Below are positions 9,351-18,146 of a stretch of DNA of 64,000 nt, piece by piece (positions within the stretch are counted from its first letter, which is position 1; the number at the start of each line of letters is the position of its first letter). The notes under the pieces were generated by a model. It saw nothing but the letters and a program-made list of their open reading frames with translations. It was not told where the DNA came from and ran no database searches. Source of the stretch: a virus (Duplodnaviria > Caudoviricetes); IMG/VR virus record IMGVR_UViG_3300021399_000100. One strand, 5' to 3'. The position numbers and the translations under genes were made by a program.

Positions 9351-10082
9351 ATGAAAGCAGTTATTTCTTTGAGTGGCGGATTGGATTCCACATGTTTGCT
9401 AATGCATCTATTAGCAAACGACTATGATGAAATTAGGGCTTATTCTTTTAATTACGGTCAGAAGCATGAGATCGAATTAAAGAAGGTTCAGAATAATATC
9501 AAGTTCTTGCAGGAGAAAGGTTTCAATGTTTCTCATCAAATCATCGATGTCCGAGATTGCTTCTCCGATTCTGCATCTTCTCTTCATAAAGGTGGTGAGG
9601 CTATTCCTGAAGGCCATTATGCATCAGAAAACATGAAGTCTACTGTAGTTGAGAACCGCAATGTAATATTCTCGTCTATCATTTATGGTAAGGCTCTAGG
9701 CTGGGCTAATAAGACACAAGATGATGTTAAGATCACATTAGGCGTCCACAGTGGGGATCATTTTATCTACCCAGACTGCCGGCCAGAGTCAGTCAATATG
9801 GCACGAGAGCTATTTAGAATCTCTAACGTAGGTAGCGAGAGAGTAGATTATATCTCTCCGTTCGTTAATATCGATAAGGGACAGGTATTGAAATCTGGCA
9901 TCGATGCTATGAAGACTTTGGGCTTTAACACAACAGAGATCGAAGGAGTTCTTGCAAATACGCACACATGCTACAACCCTAATGACAAAGGGGAGAGCTG
10001 TGGAAAGTGCGGAAGCTGTACGGAGCGACTAGAAGCATTTGCTGCTAATGGAATCAAAGATCCAATCGCATACCAGAAGTAA
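9351..10082 (+). CDS. queC: 7-cyano-7-deazaguanine (preQ0) synthase
   Basis: SLSGGLDST PP-loop, YGQKH, VENRN, YPDCRPE, zinc motif TCY...CGKCGSC. Confidence 0.95.
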   Translation: MKAVISLSGGLDSTCLLMHLLANDYDEIRAYSFNYGQKHEIELKKVQNNIKFLQEKGFNVSHQIIDVRDCFSDSASSLHKGGEAIPEGHYASENMKSTVVENRNVIFSSIIYGKALGWANKTQDDVKITLGVHSGDHFIYPDCRPESVNMARELFRISNVGSERVDYISPFVNIDKGQVLKSGIDAMKTLGFNTTEIEGVLANTHTCYNPNDKGESCGKCGSCTERLEAFAANGIKDPIAYQK

Positions 10083-10110
10083 ATCATTCTAAATCAATGC
10101 ATTATCTGTT

Positions 10111-10139
10111 GAGGCACATACTTTATGTGCCTCTTTTTT
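10111..10139 (+). terminator. Rho-independent terminator after queC
   Basis: gaggcacata/tatgtgcctc followed by T run. Confidence 0.75.
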
Positions 10140-10150
10140 GTAAATACAAT

Positions 10151-11992
10151 ATGAGTAAGAAAACAACAATAGATGTAGATGCTATATTTGAAAGGTATCA
10201 CTTTTTGGGTGATCCTTCAAATAAAAATGATGTATACACCTTCATGATGAAGGAGACCTCTAATGGGATGCTGAAGAAAGAGAACGTTTTCAAAGCATGC
10301 TTCCCTATATTATATAGTGACATTAGAAAAACGGATTGGGACGCATCATGGTCGTTCTCACAGATACTGTCGCACTATTTTGATCCTCATATAATCACAA
10401 CGTGCAGGACGTGCGGAGGAGCAGTTCCATATAGAAGCTTCAAGAAAGGATATGCACCGTATTGCAGCACTAAATGTGCAAATTCTAATGATGACAAGAA
10501 ATTGAAGACAGAGAACACCAATATCAGCAGATATGGTGTGAAGAATGTCTTTATGTCAGAGACAGTGAAAGAACAGAGTAAGAAGACATGCAATGAGAAA
10601 TATGGCCATGACTATGCCAGCCAGTCTAAAGACGTAAGAGACAAGATAACAGATACATGCACAGAAAGATACGGATGCTCTACACCATTTAGAATGGATG
10701 ATTTTCAAGAGAAGAGTAGAAAGACATGTATAACAAAATATGGGTGTGACTATCCTTCTCAAGCACAAGTATCTAAAGAAAAGGCTAGAAAGACATGCAA
10801 TGAGAAATATGGTGCATCTAATCCGTCTTATAGTCCAGATGTTATAGAAAAGCGTCGCGTTACTAATTTCAGCAAGTATAATGACAAATGGATTACTCAG
10901 ACTGAAGATTTCATAAGTGCGAACCATAATAAGTTTTTAGAAAGACACCCAGATATTATAAACGAAACTAAGGAAGCATATATAGTCAGATGCAATGATG
11001 AATGTTGTGACTTGTGTCATGACAAATGCTTTGAAATAGATAAAGAGACCTATAAGCAGAGATCTTCATCTAATATTATATTATGCCCTATCAAGAACCC
11101 TGTAGAAGGGACATCTTCATATGTGGAGAATGAGATAGCAGATTACATCCGAACTATATACGACGGAGAAATCATAACGTCAGATAGGTCCCTTATAGCA
11201 CCGAAAGAGATAGACATCTACATTCCAGAGAAAAAGCTTGCTATTGAATTTAACGGAGTGTTTTGGCATTCTGACTTCAATCCTAAGATGCATAAGAATT
11301 ATCATAGAGACAAATCTTTAGAATGCATGGCTAAAGGAGTCCATCTGCTGCATATATGGGAAGATGACTGGAATCTCAAGAAAAACATAATAAAAGACTA
11401 TATCAGATCCAAATTAGGCCTGTGTAGCAAGAGAGTATACGCTAGAAAGTGTCGTATTTGTGAAATAAACGCACATATAGCGCGAGATTTCATGGAAGCT
11501 AATCATATTCAGGGATATGCAAATTCAACGTATAAAATCGCGTTATATTACAATAATGAAATAGTATCTGTTATGCTGATAGGCAAGCTGAGAAATTCTA
11601 TGGGATCTGTTCCGAAAGAAGGATCATATGAAATATATAGACTAGCATCTTCTGCAGATACTGAAGTGTGCGGAGGATTTTCAAAGATGCTGGCATACTT
11701 CGAAAAGAAATATACCCCTAAAGAGATTATAACATATGGAGATCTATGCTATACATGGGGTAATGTATATAAGAAATGTGGATTCATTGAAGAACGCTTG
11801 TCCTCTCCTTGTTATTCATGGGTAGTAGGCAGACGCAGATATCATAGATCTAATTTTATGAAGAGCAAGCTGAAAGAATGTAGAGAAGACGACAGTCTTA
11901 CGGAAGATAACGTTATGCGTTCTAGAGGAGCCTATAAAATATGGGATGCTGGCAAGATTAGATTCGTCAAGTATTATAATATAAGTAAATAA
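10151..11992 (+). CDS. Hef/Vsr-like homing endonuclease-type protein with Zn finger, T-x3-KYG repeats and C-terminal Mom-like GNAT domain
   Basis: CRTC...YCSTKC; repeated TCxEKYG; EIDIYIPEKKLAIEFNGVFWH nuclease motif; NHIQG...EIYRLAS...GGFSKML...IITYGD...VYKKCGF; ATG 10151 after GTAAATA 10140. Confidence 0.7.
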   Translation: MSKKTTIDVDAIFERYHFLGDPSNKNDVYTFMMKETSNGMLKKENVFKACFPILYSDIRKTDWDASWSFSQILSHYFDPHIITTCRTCGGAVPYRSFKKGYAPYCSTKCANSNDDKKLKTENTNISRYGVKNVFMSETVKEQSKKTCNEKYGHDYASQSKDVRDKITDTCTERYGCSTPFRMDDFQEKSRKTCITKYGCDYPSQAQVSKEKARKTCNEKYGASNPSYSPDVIEKRRVTNFSKYNDKWITQTEDFISANHNKFLERHPDIINETKEAYIVRCNDECCDLCHDKCFEIDKETYKQRSSSNIILCPIKNPVEGTSSYVENEIADYIRTIYDGEIITSDRSLIAPKEIDIYIPEKKLAIEFNGVFWHSDFNPKMHKNYHRDKSLECMAKGVHLLHIWEDDWNLKKNIIKDYIRSKLGLCSKRVYARKCRICEINAHIARDFMEANHIQGYANSTYKIALYYNNEIVSVMLIGKLRNSMGSVPKEGSYEIYRLASSADTEVCGGFSKMLAYFEKKYTPKEIITYGDLCYTWGNVYKKCGFIEERLSSPCYSWVVGRRRYHRSNFMKSKLKECREDDSLTEDNVMRSRGAYKIWDAGKIRFVKYYNISK

Positions 11993-12137
11993 AAAGATAA
12001 ATATATCTTACAAAAGAAAGATGAATATTTCAACGATATTTATAATATGTATGACCATCGTTATTTTTTCGTTATTTTCTGCAGTAAGAATTTGAAAAAT
12101 TTAGTAAATTTATATCAAAGAATAATATAAACATAAT

Positions 12138-12728
12138 ATGAAAACATTTAAGCAGTTCATAAACGAAAGCGTGAGAAACTCTGGCGACACTATCGAAAAA
12201 ATGGTGGATTTTCTCAGAGTCCATTTAGAAGAGGAAGAGCTCTTCAAAGCGGATAGAATAGAGAAAATAGATGCTGAGGATTACTTAATATATACTCTAG
12301 ATAAGGATAAGTTTGAGAGACTTTCTGGTATACATTTAAACAACATCACGTTAGAAGACTTTACGACTGCAAAGCCTTATGACAGTAGACAAGATGTTCG
12401 TGATGGCAATGACGGTACTATAGAGATTGGGTTTCTCGATGCGCATGACAGCGGTAAATGGGGTATATTCCGTAAGTTTGAAAAGGAAGCAATTGAAAGT
12501 TCTTATAACGATTATATTTTAATCTTCATCTCAGATAAAAATACCAAACGCATTTCTGCTGTTGAATATGCTAAAAATACTTCTCGTTTTCGATTTAATA
12601 CAAACTTGGAAGAAATGGTAGATACGAAGGAATGTTTGACTACAAATAAAGATTTCATCGACCTTTATTATTCATATCACAATTCGTACCTTGCCAAGCC
12701 TGCAAAAGTTAATCCTCTTTACGTTTAA
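12138..12728 (+). CDS. Putative internal (capsid-packaged) protein, family A
   Basis: Starts MKTFKQFINES (cf. T4 CTS MKTYQEFIAE); paralog of both halves of 15113..16135. Confidence 0.6.
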   Translation: MKTFKQFINESVRNSGDTIEKMVDFLRVHLEEEELFKADRIEKIDAEDYLIYTLDKDKFERLSGIHLNNITLEDFTTAKPYDSRQDVRDGNDGTIEIGFLDAHDSGKWGIFRKFEKEAIESSYNDYILIFISDKNTKRISAVEYAKNTSRFRFNTNLEEMVDTKECLTTNKDFIDLYYSYHNSYLAKPAKVNPLYV

Positions 12729-12759
12729 CAAGAATATTACATACTAAAATTAATATAAT

Positions 12760-13314
12760 ATGAAACTATTCAAAGAATTCATAAGAGAGCAGCGTGTTAC
12801 TAAATTTGGTAACGTTTGCGAAAGTGTTATAACACCCAGTAAAGCGTTTATTTTCGATCAGAATCGTGGATACGAGGAACTCGATCGTCCGAAGAATAAT
12901 TATGTACTAGTAGGAACAGTCTGTGGTAAATTATCTGAGTTGTTTAACTTATTGTATAAACTAATAAATAAATATGACACTATATTAATGACCGATGTTA
13001 TATTTTGTGATGCAGGTGGTTCAAAAATTCAGATATGGGTAGATAAAGACACTATTGACGAACTTAAACATGCGGGAGGTGATATAGAAGAATATGCAGA
13101 AATGCGAGCTGCAGATATGATCGATGAGGCGACGTCTATGGTGGTAGACCTTTCATATGAAAAGGTCTGGGATATTTTAAATACATTTGAAGCAGCGAAC
13201 AAAGTTGGTCAAAATTGGTATGATTTTGAACATGCTTTTTGGGAGGAGATAGAAAACTTTTATGCATATGATGGAGGGGATTTTACGGGATTTTCAATAA
13301 TTAATAAAAAGTAA
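12760..13314 (+). CDS. Putative internal protein, family B
   Basis: Starts MKLFKEFIREQ; close paralog of 13973..14485. Confidence 0.6.
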   Translation: MKLFKEFIREQRVTKFGNVCESVITPSKAFIFDQNRGYEELDRPKNNYVLVGTVCGKLSELFNLLYKLINKYDTILMTDVIFCDAGGSKIQIWVDKDTIDELKHAGGDIEEYAEMRAADMIDEATSMVVDLSYEKVWDILNTFEAANKVGQNWYDFEHAFWEEIENFYAYDGGDFTGFSIINKK

Positions 13315-13343
13315 CGTTCGAATATATACAATATAAATAATAT

Positions 13344-13892
13344 ATGAAAACATTTGAACAGTTTATATGCGAAAGCAAAAATGAAGAATATCTTGAACAA
13401 CTTGATAAAATAGAAAAGATATACCAGTTTTTTGAAGGTCGTAATAAAGACTTCATTGAAAAATTAAACGTCACATATGATCGGAAAGAAACCATAGGCC
13501 GTCAGATGCATGAATTCTATGTGTATAAGTTAGATATGCATGCAGTTGAACGCTTTGCGCAGGTTAAGTTAAATACTATCAGTGATATCGCAGCTAAAGA
13601 TAAAAAACCATATAGAGGAAGACCTGTATGTATTTATAACTACAATAAAAAAACAGATACATTTGCAATTGGTTGCGGTGGCCTTTACTGGAATGATCGT
13701 AATCCTATTTGGGTAGTTATATTTAAATTCGAGAACGGTCACGTAAATGAAATAGAAATAGGGATAAACACTATGTTACTAGACGACGATGGTGTAGAAC
13801 CTACTGATTTGCAGGATTGGCATATTATAAATCAGTTCAACGATATATGGGTAACGTACGACGCTCGTAATCAATGGCTAAGAAAACTTTGA
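13344..13892 (+). CDS. Putative internal protein, family C (distant A homolog)
   Basis: Starts MKTFEQFICES; close paralog of 14525..15067. Confidence 0.6.
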   Translation: MKTFEQFICESKNEEYLEQLDKIEKIYQFFEGRNKDFIEKLNVTYDRKETIGRQMHEFYVYKLDMHAVERFAQVKLNTISDIAAKDKKPYRGRPVCIYNYNKKTDTFAIGCGGLYWNDRNPIWVVIFKFENGHVNEIEIGINTMLLDDDGVEPTDLQDWHIINQFNDIWVTYDARNQWLRKL

Positions 13893-13905
13893 TATAAGAC
13901 TTATA

Positions 13906-13946
13906 AATAAAAAGGATACATGAATGATTATGTATCCTTTTTTATT
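13906..13946. terminator. Bidirectional terminator between convergent paralog arrays
   Basis: aataaaaaggatacat / atgtatccttttttatt inverted repeat with A- and T-tracts. Confidence 0.8.
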
Positions 13947-13972
13947 AATGCATATTCGAACGTTACTTTTTA

Positions 13973-14485
13973 TTAATATCCACCGTCTGCATAAAGGTTT
14001 TCCATCTCATCCCAAAAATAAGACGTGTGATCATACCAATCTTGGCCAGCATCGTCTACTGCTTCAAATGTATTTATAATGTCCATGACAATTTCATATC
14101 TGCGGTCTTCTACCATAGGTGACACCTCATCTAGCATATCATCAGCTTGAGCACGAGCATTATCTTCTATATCATCCAAATTAGAAATCTCGTCGACTTC
14201 GTCTTTGTCTACCCATACCTGAATTTTTGAACCGCCCATATCACGAAATATAACATCATACATTAATATAGTGTCATATTTACTTATTAGTTTATACAGT
14301 GAGTTCAACAGCACAGATAGTTTACCAGTAACCGTTCCGACCAAGACATAATTATCCTTTGGGCCATCAAGTTCCTCGTAGCCTTGATTGATGATATACG
14401 CTTTACCTGGTTTTATAACACTTTCGAGGATGTTACTCTGTCTAGAGATATGTTGCTCTCTTATAAATTCTTTGAATAGTTTCAT
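13973..14485 (-). CDS. Putative internal protein, family B
   Basis: Starts MKLFKEFIREQ; paralog of 12760..13314. Confidence 0.6.
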   Translation of the reverse strand: MKLFKEFIREQHISRQSNILESVIKPGKAYIINQGYEELDGPKDNYVLVGTVTGKLSVLLNSLYKLISKYDTILMYDVIFRDMGGSKIQVWVDKDEVDEISNLDDIEDNARAQADDMLDEVSPMVEDRRYEIVMDIINTFEAVDDAGQDWYDHTSYFWDEMENLYADGGY

Positions 14486-14524
14486 ATTATATTTTATTTA
14501 TAAGTATTATATCAAATATTATTA

Positions 14525-15067
14525 TCAAGATATGACGTATGTCATCCATATGTCAGTGAATATACTTGTGATCCAATGCGAATGTAATTTTGTAGGCTCT
14601 ACATTAATTTCTGGTTTATCCAGTAACCACGAGTTTATCCCTATTTCTATTTCATTTACGTGACCGTCCTTGAATCTAAATATAACTACCCATACAGGAT
14701 TATCATCAAGCCATCCAAGACCACCCCCGCCTATCGTGTATGTATCTGCTTTTCTATCGTATTCAGATATACATACAGGTCTTCCTTCATATGGTGTTTC
14801 ATCTTTAGCAGCAGCAGCACTGATAGTATTTAATTCAACTTGCGCAAAGCGTTCAACTGCAGGCATATCTAACTTATACACATAGAATTCATCTCTACGA
14901 TAACCTATAGTTTCTTTCCTGTCATATGTGACGTTTAATTTTTCGATGTAGTCTGTATTCGTCTCACTTTTAAACAACGAGTATATCTTTTTTATTTTAT
15001 CAAGTTGTTCGAGATATTCTTCATTTTGAGATTTGCTTTCATTTATGAACTGCTTAAACGTTTTCAT
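14525..15067 (-). CDS. Putative internal protein, family C
   Basis: Starts MKTFKQFINES; paralog of 13344..13892. Confidence 0.6.
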   Translation of the reverse strand: MKTFKQFINESKSQNEEYLEQLDKIKKIYSLFKSETNTDYIEKLNVTYDRKETIGYRRDEFYVYKLDMPAVERFAQVELNTISAAAAKDETPYEGRPVCISEYDRKADTYTIGGGGLGWLDDNPVWVVIFRFKDGHVNEIEIGINSWLLDKPEINVEPTKLHSHWITSIFTDIWMTYVIS

Positions 15068-15112
15068 TTTTTCTTTTGATATTATATATTAACTTATTAA
15101 ACGAAAATATCA

Positions 15113-16135
15113 TTAACATCGACTAGGTTCATATCTGTTCCAAATGTCTTCAAAATCTTCATTTTTATCCAAATATGTACCTAACAAAGCCTCAGGTTCT
15201 GAATCTATGCGTTCTACGTTTATAGCATACTCGATATCATGAATAAAATTGTAATGATGTAAGGTGAAGATTATGATATAATCAACAACATCTCCTCCGT
15301 TATACGAGCGTGATACACCCCATTTAGTTTTATCAGGTCTATCTACCCAATCACACGTTATATCTCCACTGTTATCTGCAGTATAACCATTTTCAATCTT
15401 AACGTCGTCCGGAAGAACTTCGTACAAAGGTATACCTGATAGATTCTCAAACCTTTCCTTATTGAGCGTATATATCAAGAAACGACTTCCGTCAATTTCC
15501 TCGATCCTATCGGCCTTGAAGATCTTGTCAGATTTTGTGCTGTGACGAAGGAAATCATACATGTTTTTGATAATGTTGCACCCATCTTTTGATTTTGCCG
15601 GATACCAAAAATCAAAGCCACTGTTATAGAACTCGTCTAATTTTTTGAAATCTTTATTTGAATCGCAATATGTGCCTATTAGTGTATCAGGTTTTACACC
15701 ATCTAGACGTAAAACGTTTACAGCATACTCAATAGTAGAAACACGTTTAGTTTTTCTATCAATTATGAAGATTATGATAAATGCAGTATTCATTTTCGGA
15801 AAGCCATCGTAGAATACACCCCATTTAGTGTTATTGGACTTATCTAACCAATTATATGTTGTCATACTAGAACGATAACAATCTTCATTCGTAGCGTTTT
15901 TCAATGTGATGCTATTTAAAGATATGCCAGACCGTTTCTCAAACTCATCATTATCTAACGTATATACTAAGAAACGTCCGTTGTTGATTTCCTCTATTCT
16001 ATCAGCTTTGAGGAGCTTGTCTGTTTCCACTCTATCACGAAGAAAATCATACATTTTTTCGATAGCGGCACATCCGGTGACGTTTCCAGCAGGCTCACTT
16101 ACGCTTTCATTTATAAATTGTGTGAATGTCTTCAT
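15113..16135 (-). CDS. Putative internal protein, family A, tandem two-domain form
   Basis: Starts MKTFTQFINES; two copies of MYDFLR...KADRIEEI...FL.YTL domain; GTAAATA on - strand at 16162-16168. Confidence 0.6.
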   Translation of the reverse strand: MKTFTQFINESVSEPAGNVTGCAAIEKMYDFLRDRVETDKLLKADRIEEINNGRFLVYTLDNDEFEKRSGISLNSITLKNATNEDCYRSSMTTYNWLDKSNNTKWGVFYDGFPKMNTAFIIIFIIDRKTKRVSTIEYAVNVLRLDGVKPDTLIGTYCDSNKDFKKLDEFYNSGFDFWYPAKSKDGCNIIKNMYDFLRHSTKSDKIFKADRIEEIDGSRFLIYTLNKERFENLSGIPLYEVLPDDVKIENGYTADNSGDITCDWVDRPDKTKWGVSRSYNGGDVVDYIIIFTLHHYNFIHDIEYAINVERIDSEPEALLGTYLDKNEDFEDIWNRYEPSRC

Positions 16136-16188
16136 TTTTCTTTTAAGAGATATATTATCATTATTTACTATTCTTTATATAATTATAA

Positions 16189-17370
16189 TCACTTAGCTAT
16201 CGGTGTATATACCTGCTCATCATAATACCCTTTCTCGATAGCATTCCTAATCCAGTTGACTAGTTCGAAATTATATAATCCATATCTGGCATATGGAGTA
16301 TCTACGCCTACATCGAATCCGTTTCTCTTCATCTGTGCTCTTCCATGAATATGGCCGAACAGATAGAATTTAGTATCGTCTTCATGAGTATCTCCATATA
16401 TCGGCTTATGCCTGAGAGTATATGTGAAGCCTCCGTCTTCAATGGTAAGTTCATCTGTATCATAAATATAGACACCTTCCATTGTAGCCATCACAGGTAA
16501 TGTATATGAAGTATCGTTCTGTGGATTGTCTCCATATTCATAATTACCTTTAACTAAATGGAATTCTTTGAAATTCAATCCGTTAAGATATTCTGCCTTG
16601 TCACCGAAGTCACCTAAATGATACACTATATCATTCATTCGCACGGACTTGTTCCAGTTGGATATGATCTCTAAATCCATTTCCTGTACATTTGCAAATG
16701 GACGGCGTGACAGCGTCAGCGTGCGTTCTTGGCCGAAATGAGTATCAGACGTGATGAATTTGCGTCCGCCTATATTGAGATCAGCACATACTGCCTGTAT
16801 GACATCTTCTAGTGAATCATATACTTTCTGGCCAGCTTCTTCTAGCTTGATACGGATATATCTGTTAGCGTTCGAGGTACATTCTGGCGGCATTGCTACA
16901 AAGACACCTTTCTTCCCCATCCACATGCCTATCTCTACATTGGATGTGAATCCAGGAAGGGCTGCTGAACGGTCCAGCCAGAATATAATAGCGGACGCCC
17001 TTTTCATACCTTCGTTCTCCCAATCAGTCTGTATCTTGAGCTCATCTTTGTTCGTCTCGTCATACTTATCGTTGGTAGGATTGATAAGAGTGCCGTGGAA
17101 TTCTAACGAATCGAATATGTCGTATATCTTCTCTCTCCAATCAGTTTCTCTGTAATTGGATCTAGGGCAGGGACCTGCTAAAAATATGGCGTTCTTTGTA
17201 TTGCTGAGGTCTGTCCATTCACTCTTATCATTCTTAGGGTACAGAATAGTGCATTTGTGCTTCTTGGGGGTATTATGCTGTTCGTCGGAGGCTTTTCGTG
17301 TATTCATAATCATAGAGGGTATATTTCTCTCCATAGATATTTTAGAATAATGCCCGAATATGCTACTCAT
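16189..17370 (-). CDS. Fusion: nucleoside 2-deoxyribosyltransferase/N-glycosidase-like domain + calcineurin-like metallophosphoesterase
   Basis: IFLAGP...WRE...QTDWE...IIFW...FTSNVEIG; then SDTHFG, YHLGDF, KGNYE, FGHIHG. Confidence 0.8.
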   Translation of the reverse strand: MSSIFGHYSKISMERNIPSMIMNTRKASDEQHNTPKKHKCTILYPKNDKSEWTDLSNTKNAIFLAGPCPRSNYRETDWREKIYDIFDSLEFHGTLINPTNDKYDETNKDELKIQTDWENEGMKRASAIIFWLDRSAALPGFTSNVEIGMWMGKKGVFVAMPPECTSNANRYIRIKLEEAGQKVYDSLEDVIQAVCADLNIGGRKFITSDTHFGQERTLTLSRRPFANVQEMDLEIISNWNKSVRMNDIVYHLGDFGDKAEYLNGLNFKEFHLVKGNYEYGDNPQNDTSYTLPVMATMEGVYIYDTDELTIEDGGFTYTLRHKPIYGDTHEDDTKFYLFGHIHGRAQMKRNGFDVGVDTPYARYGLYNFELVNWIRNAIEKGYYDEQVYTPIAK

Positions 17371-17471
17371 GTTTATATTCAAATTTATATATGATATATA
17401 AATTTACATGTATGAGCAAACATTATAGAAATTATGTGATTATATAGTTATACATATATGTTATATTTTTT

Positions 17472-18140
17472 ATGATTCACAAGTTAAAAGAGTCAGGATA
17501 CGTTGGTTCTATAAATGATCCTGACAGTGTTCTCCAGAAGCTTTTGGATCTAGGAGGGCATAATAATTTGCATATCAAATGCAATAATCCCAACAAGATA
17601 TATTTTATATTGCCTAACAAGACTATATCCTGCAAATGGATACCTGATGATGTTTGCCGAGAAGAACATGCTGCAGGTCGCGACGGGAACCCGTTTTCAG
17701 TGTACATCGATAAAAATAGCGGTATATCTTTCTGTGCATATAATTATAGTGCAGATGTTGTATGGAATCCTGGTATAGGGTTCATCCACATCCCTTCCAC
17801 ATCATCAATAGAGAAGATCACCGCGCCCGAAGCAGACGTTAGAAATCTTTTGGATCTGGCCAAACGATGCGGATATGTCTACATTTCTAAAGCAGATGTC
17901 TGGAAATTCAAAATAACACAGAAATCTCCGTGCTATTATAAGCAGAGCATTGTAGATATGTTCTGGAGCATAGGAGTATTTTTAGGTTATGATGATCATG
18001 GGAACGCTATTATTGACAGAGGTTCTGATAGCACATTATGCTGCAGAGCTGGCCAATGCGTACCATATAATAAGTATAACACTAAAGTAGACACAACGGG
18101 CCAAATCAACGATAAGCTAGTAAACATTCACCTTATTTAA
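17472..18140 (+). CDS. hypothetical protein
   Basis: 222 aa ORF; GTGATTATAT at 17436. Confidence 0.65.
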   Translation: MIHKLKESGYVGSINDPDSVLQKLLDLGGHNNLHIKCNNPNKIYFILPNKTISCKWIPDDVCREEHAAGRDGNPFSVYIDKNSGISFCAYNYSADVVWNPGIGFIHIPSTSSIEKITAPEADVRNLLDLAKRCGYVYISKADVWKFKITQKSPCYYKQSIVDMFWSIGVFLGYDDHGNAIIDRGSDSTLCCRAGQCVPYNKYNTKVDTTGQINDKLVNIHLI

Positions 18141-18146
18141 TTGCTT

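Larger units (their letters stand above)
13300..13977. repeat. 26 bp perfect inverted repeat (13300-13325 / 13952-13977)
   Basis: attaataaaaagtaacgttcgaatat at the 3' ends of both B paralogs, on opposite strands. Confidence 0.85.

Noticed and set aside
10097-10150. Track start of the 631 aa ORF at 10097
   Set aside because: This stretch contains the queC terminator and the GTAAATA motif; ATG 10151 is the more plausible start.
12138-16135. Diversity-generating retroelement or recombinase-driven shufflon
   Set aside because: No reverse transcriptase or site-specific recombinase in the window, and paralog differences are not adenine-specific.
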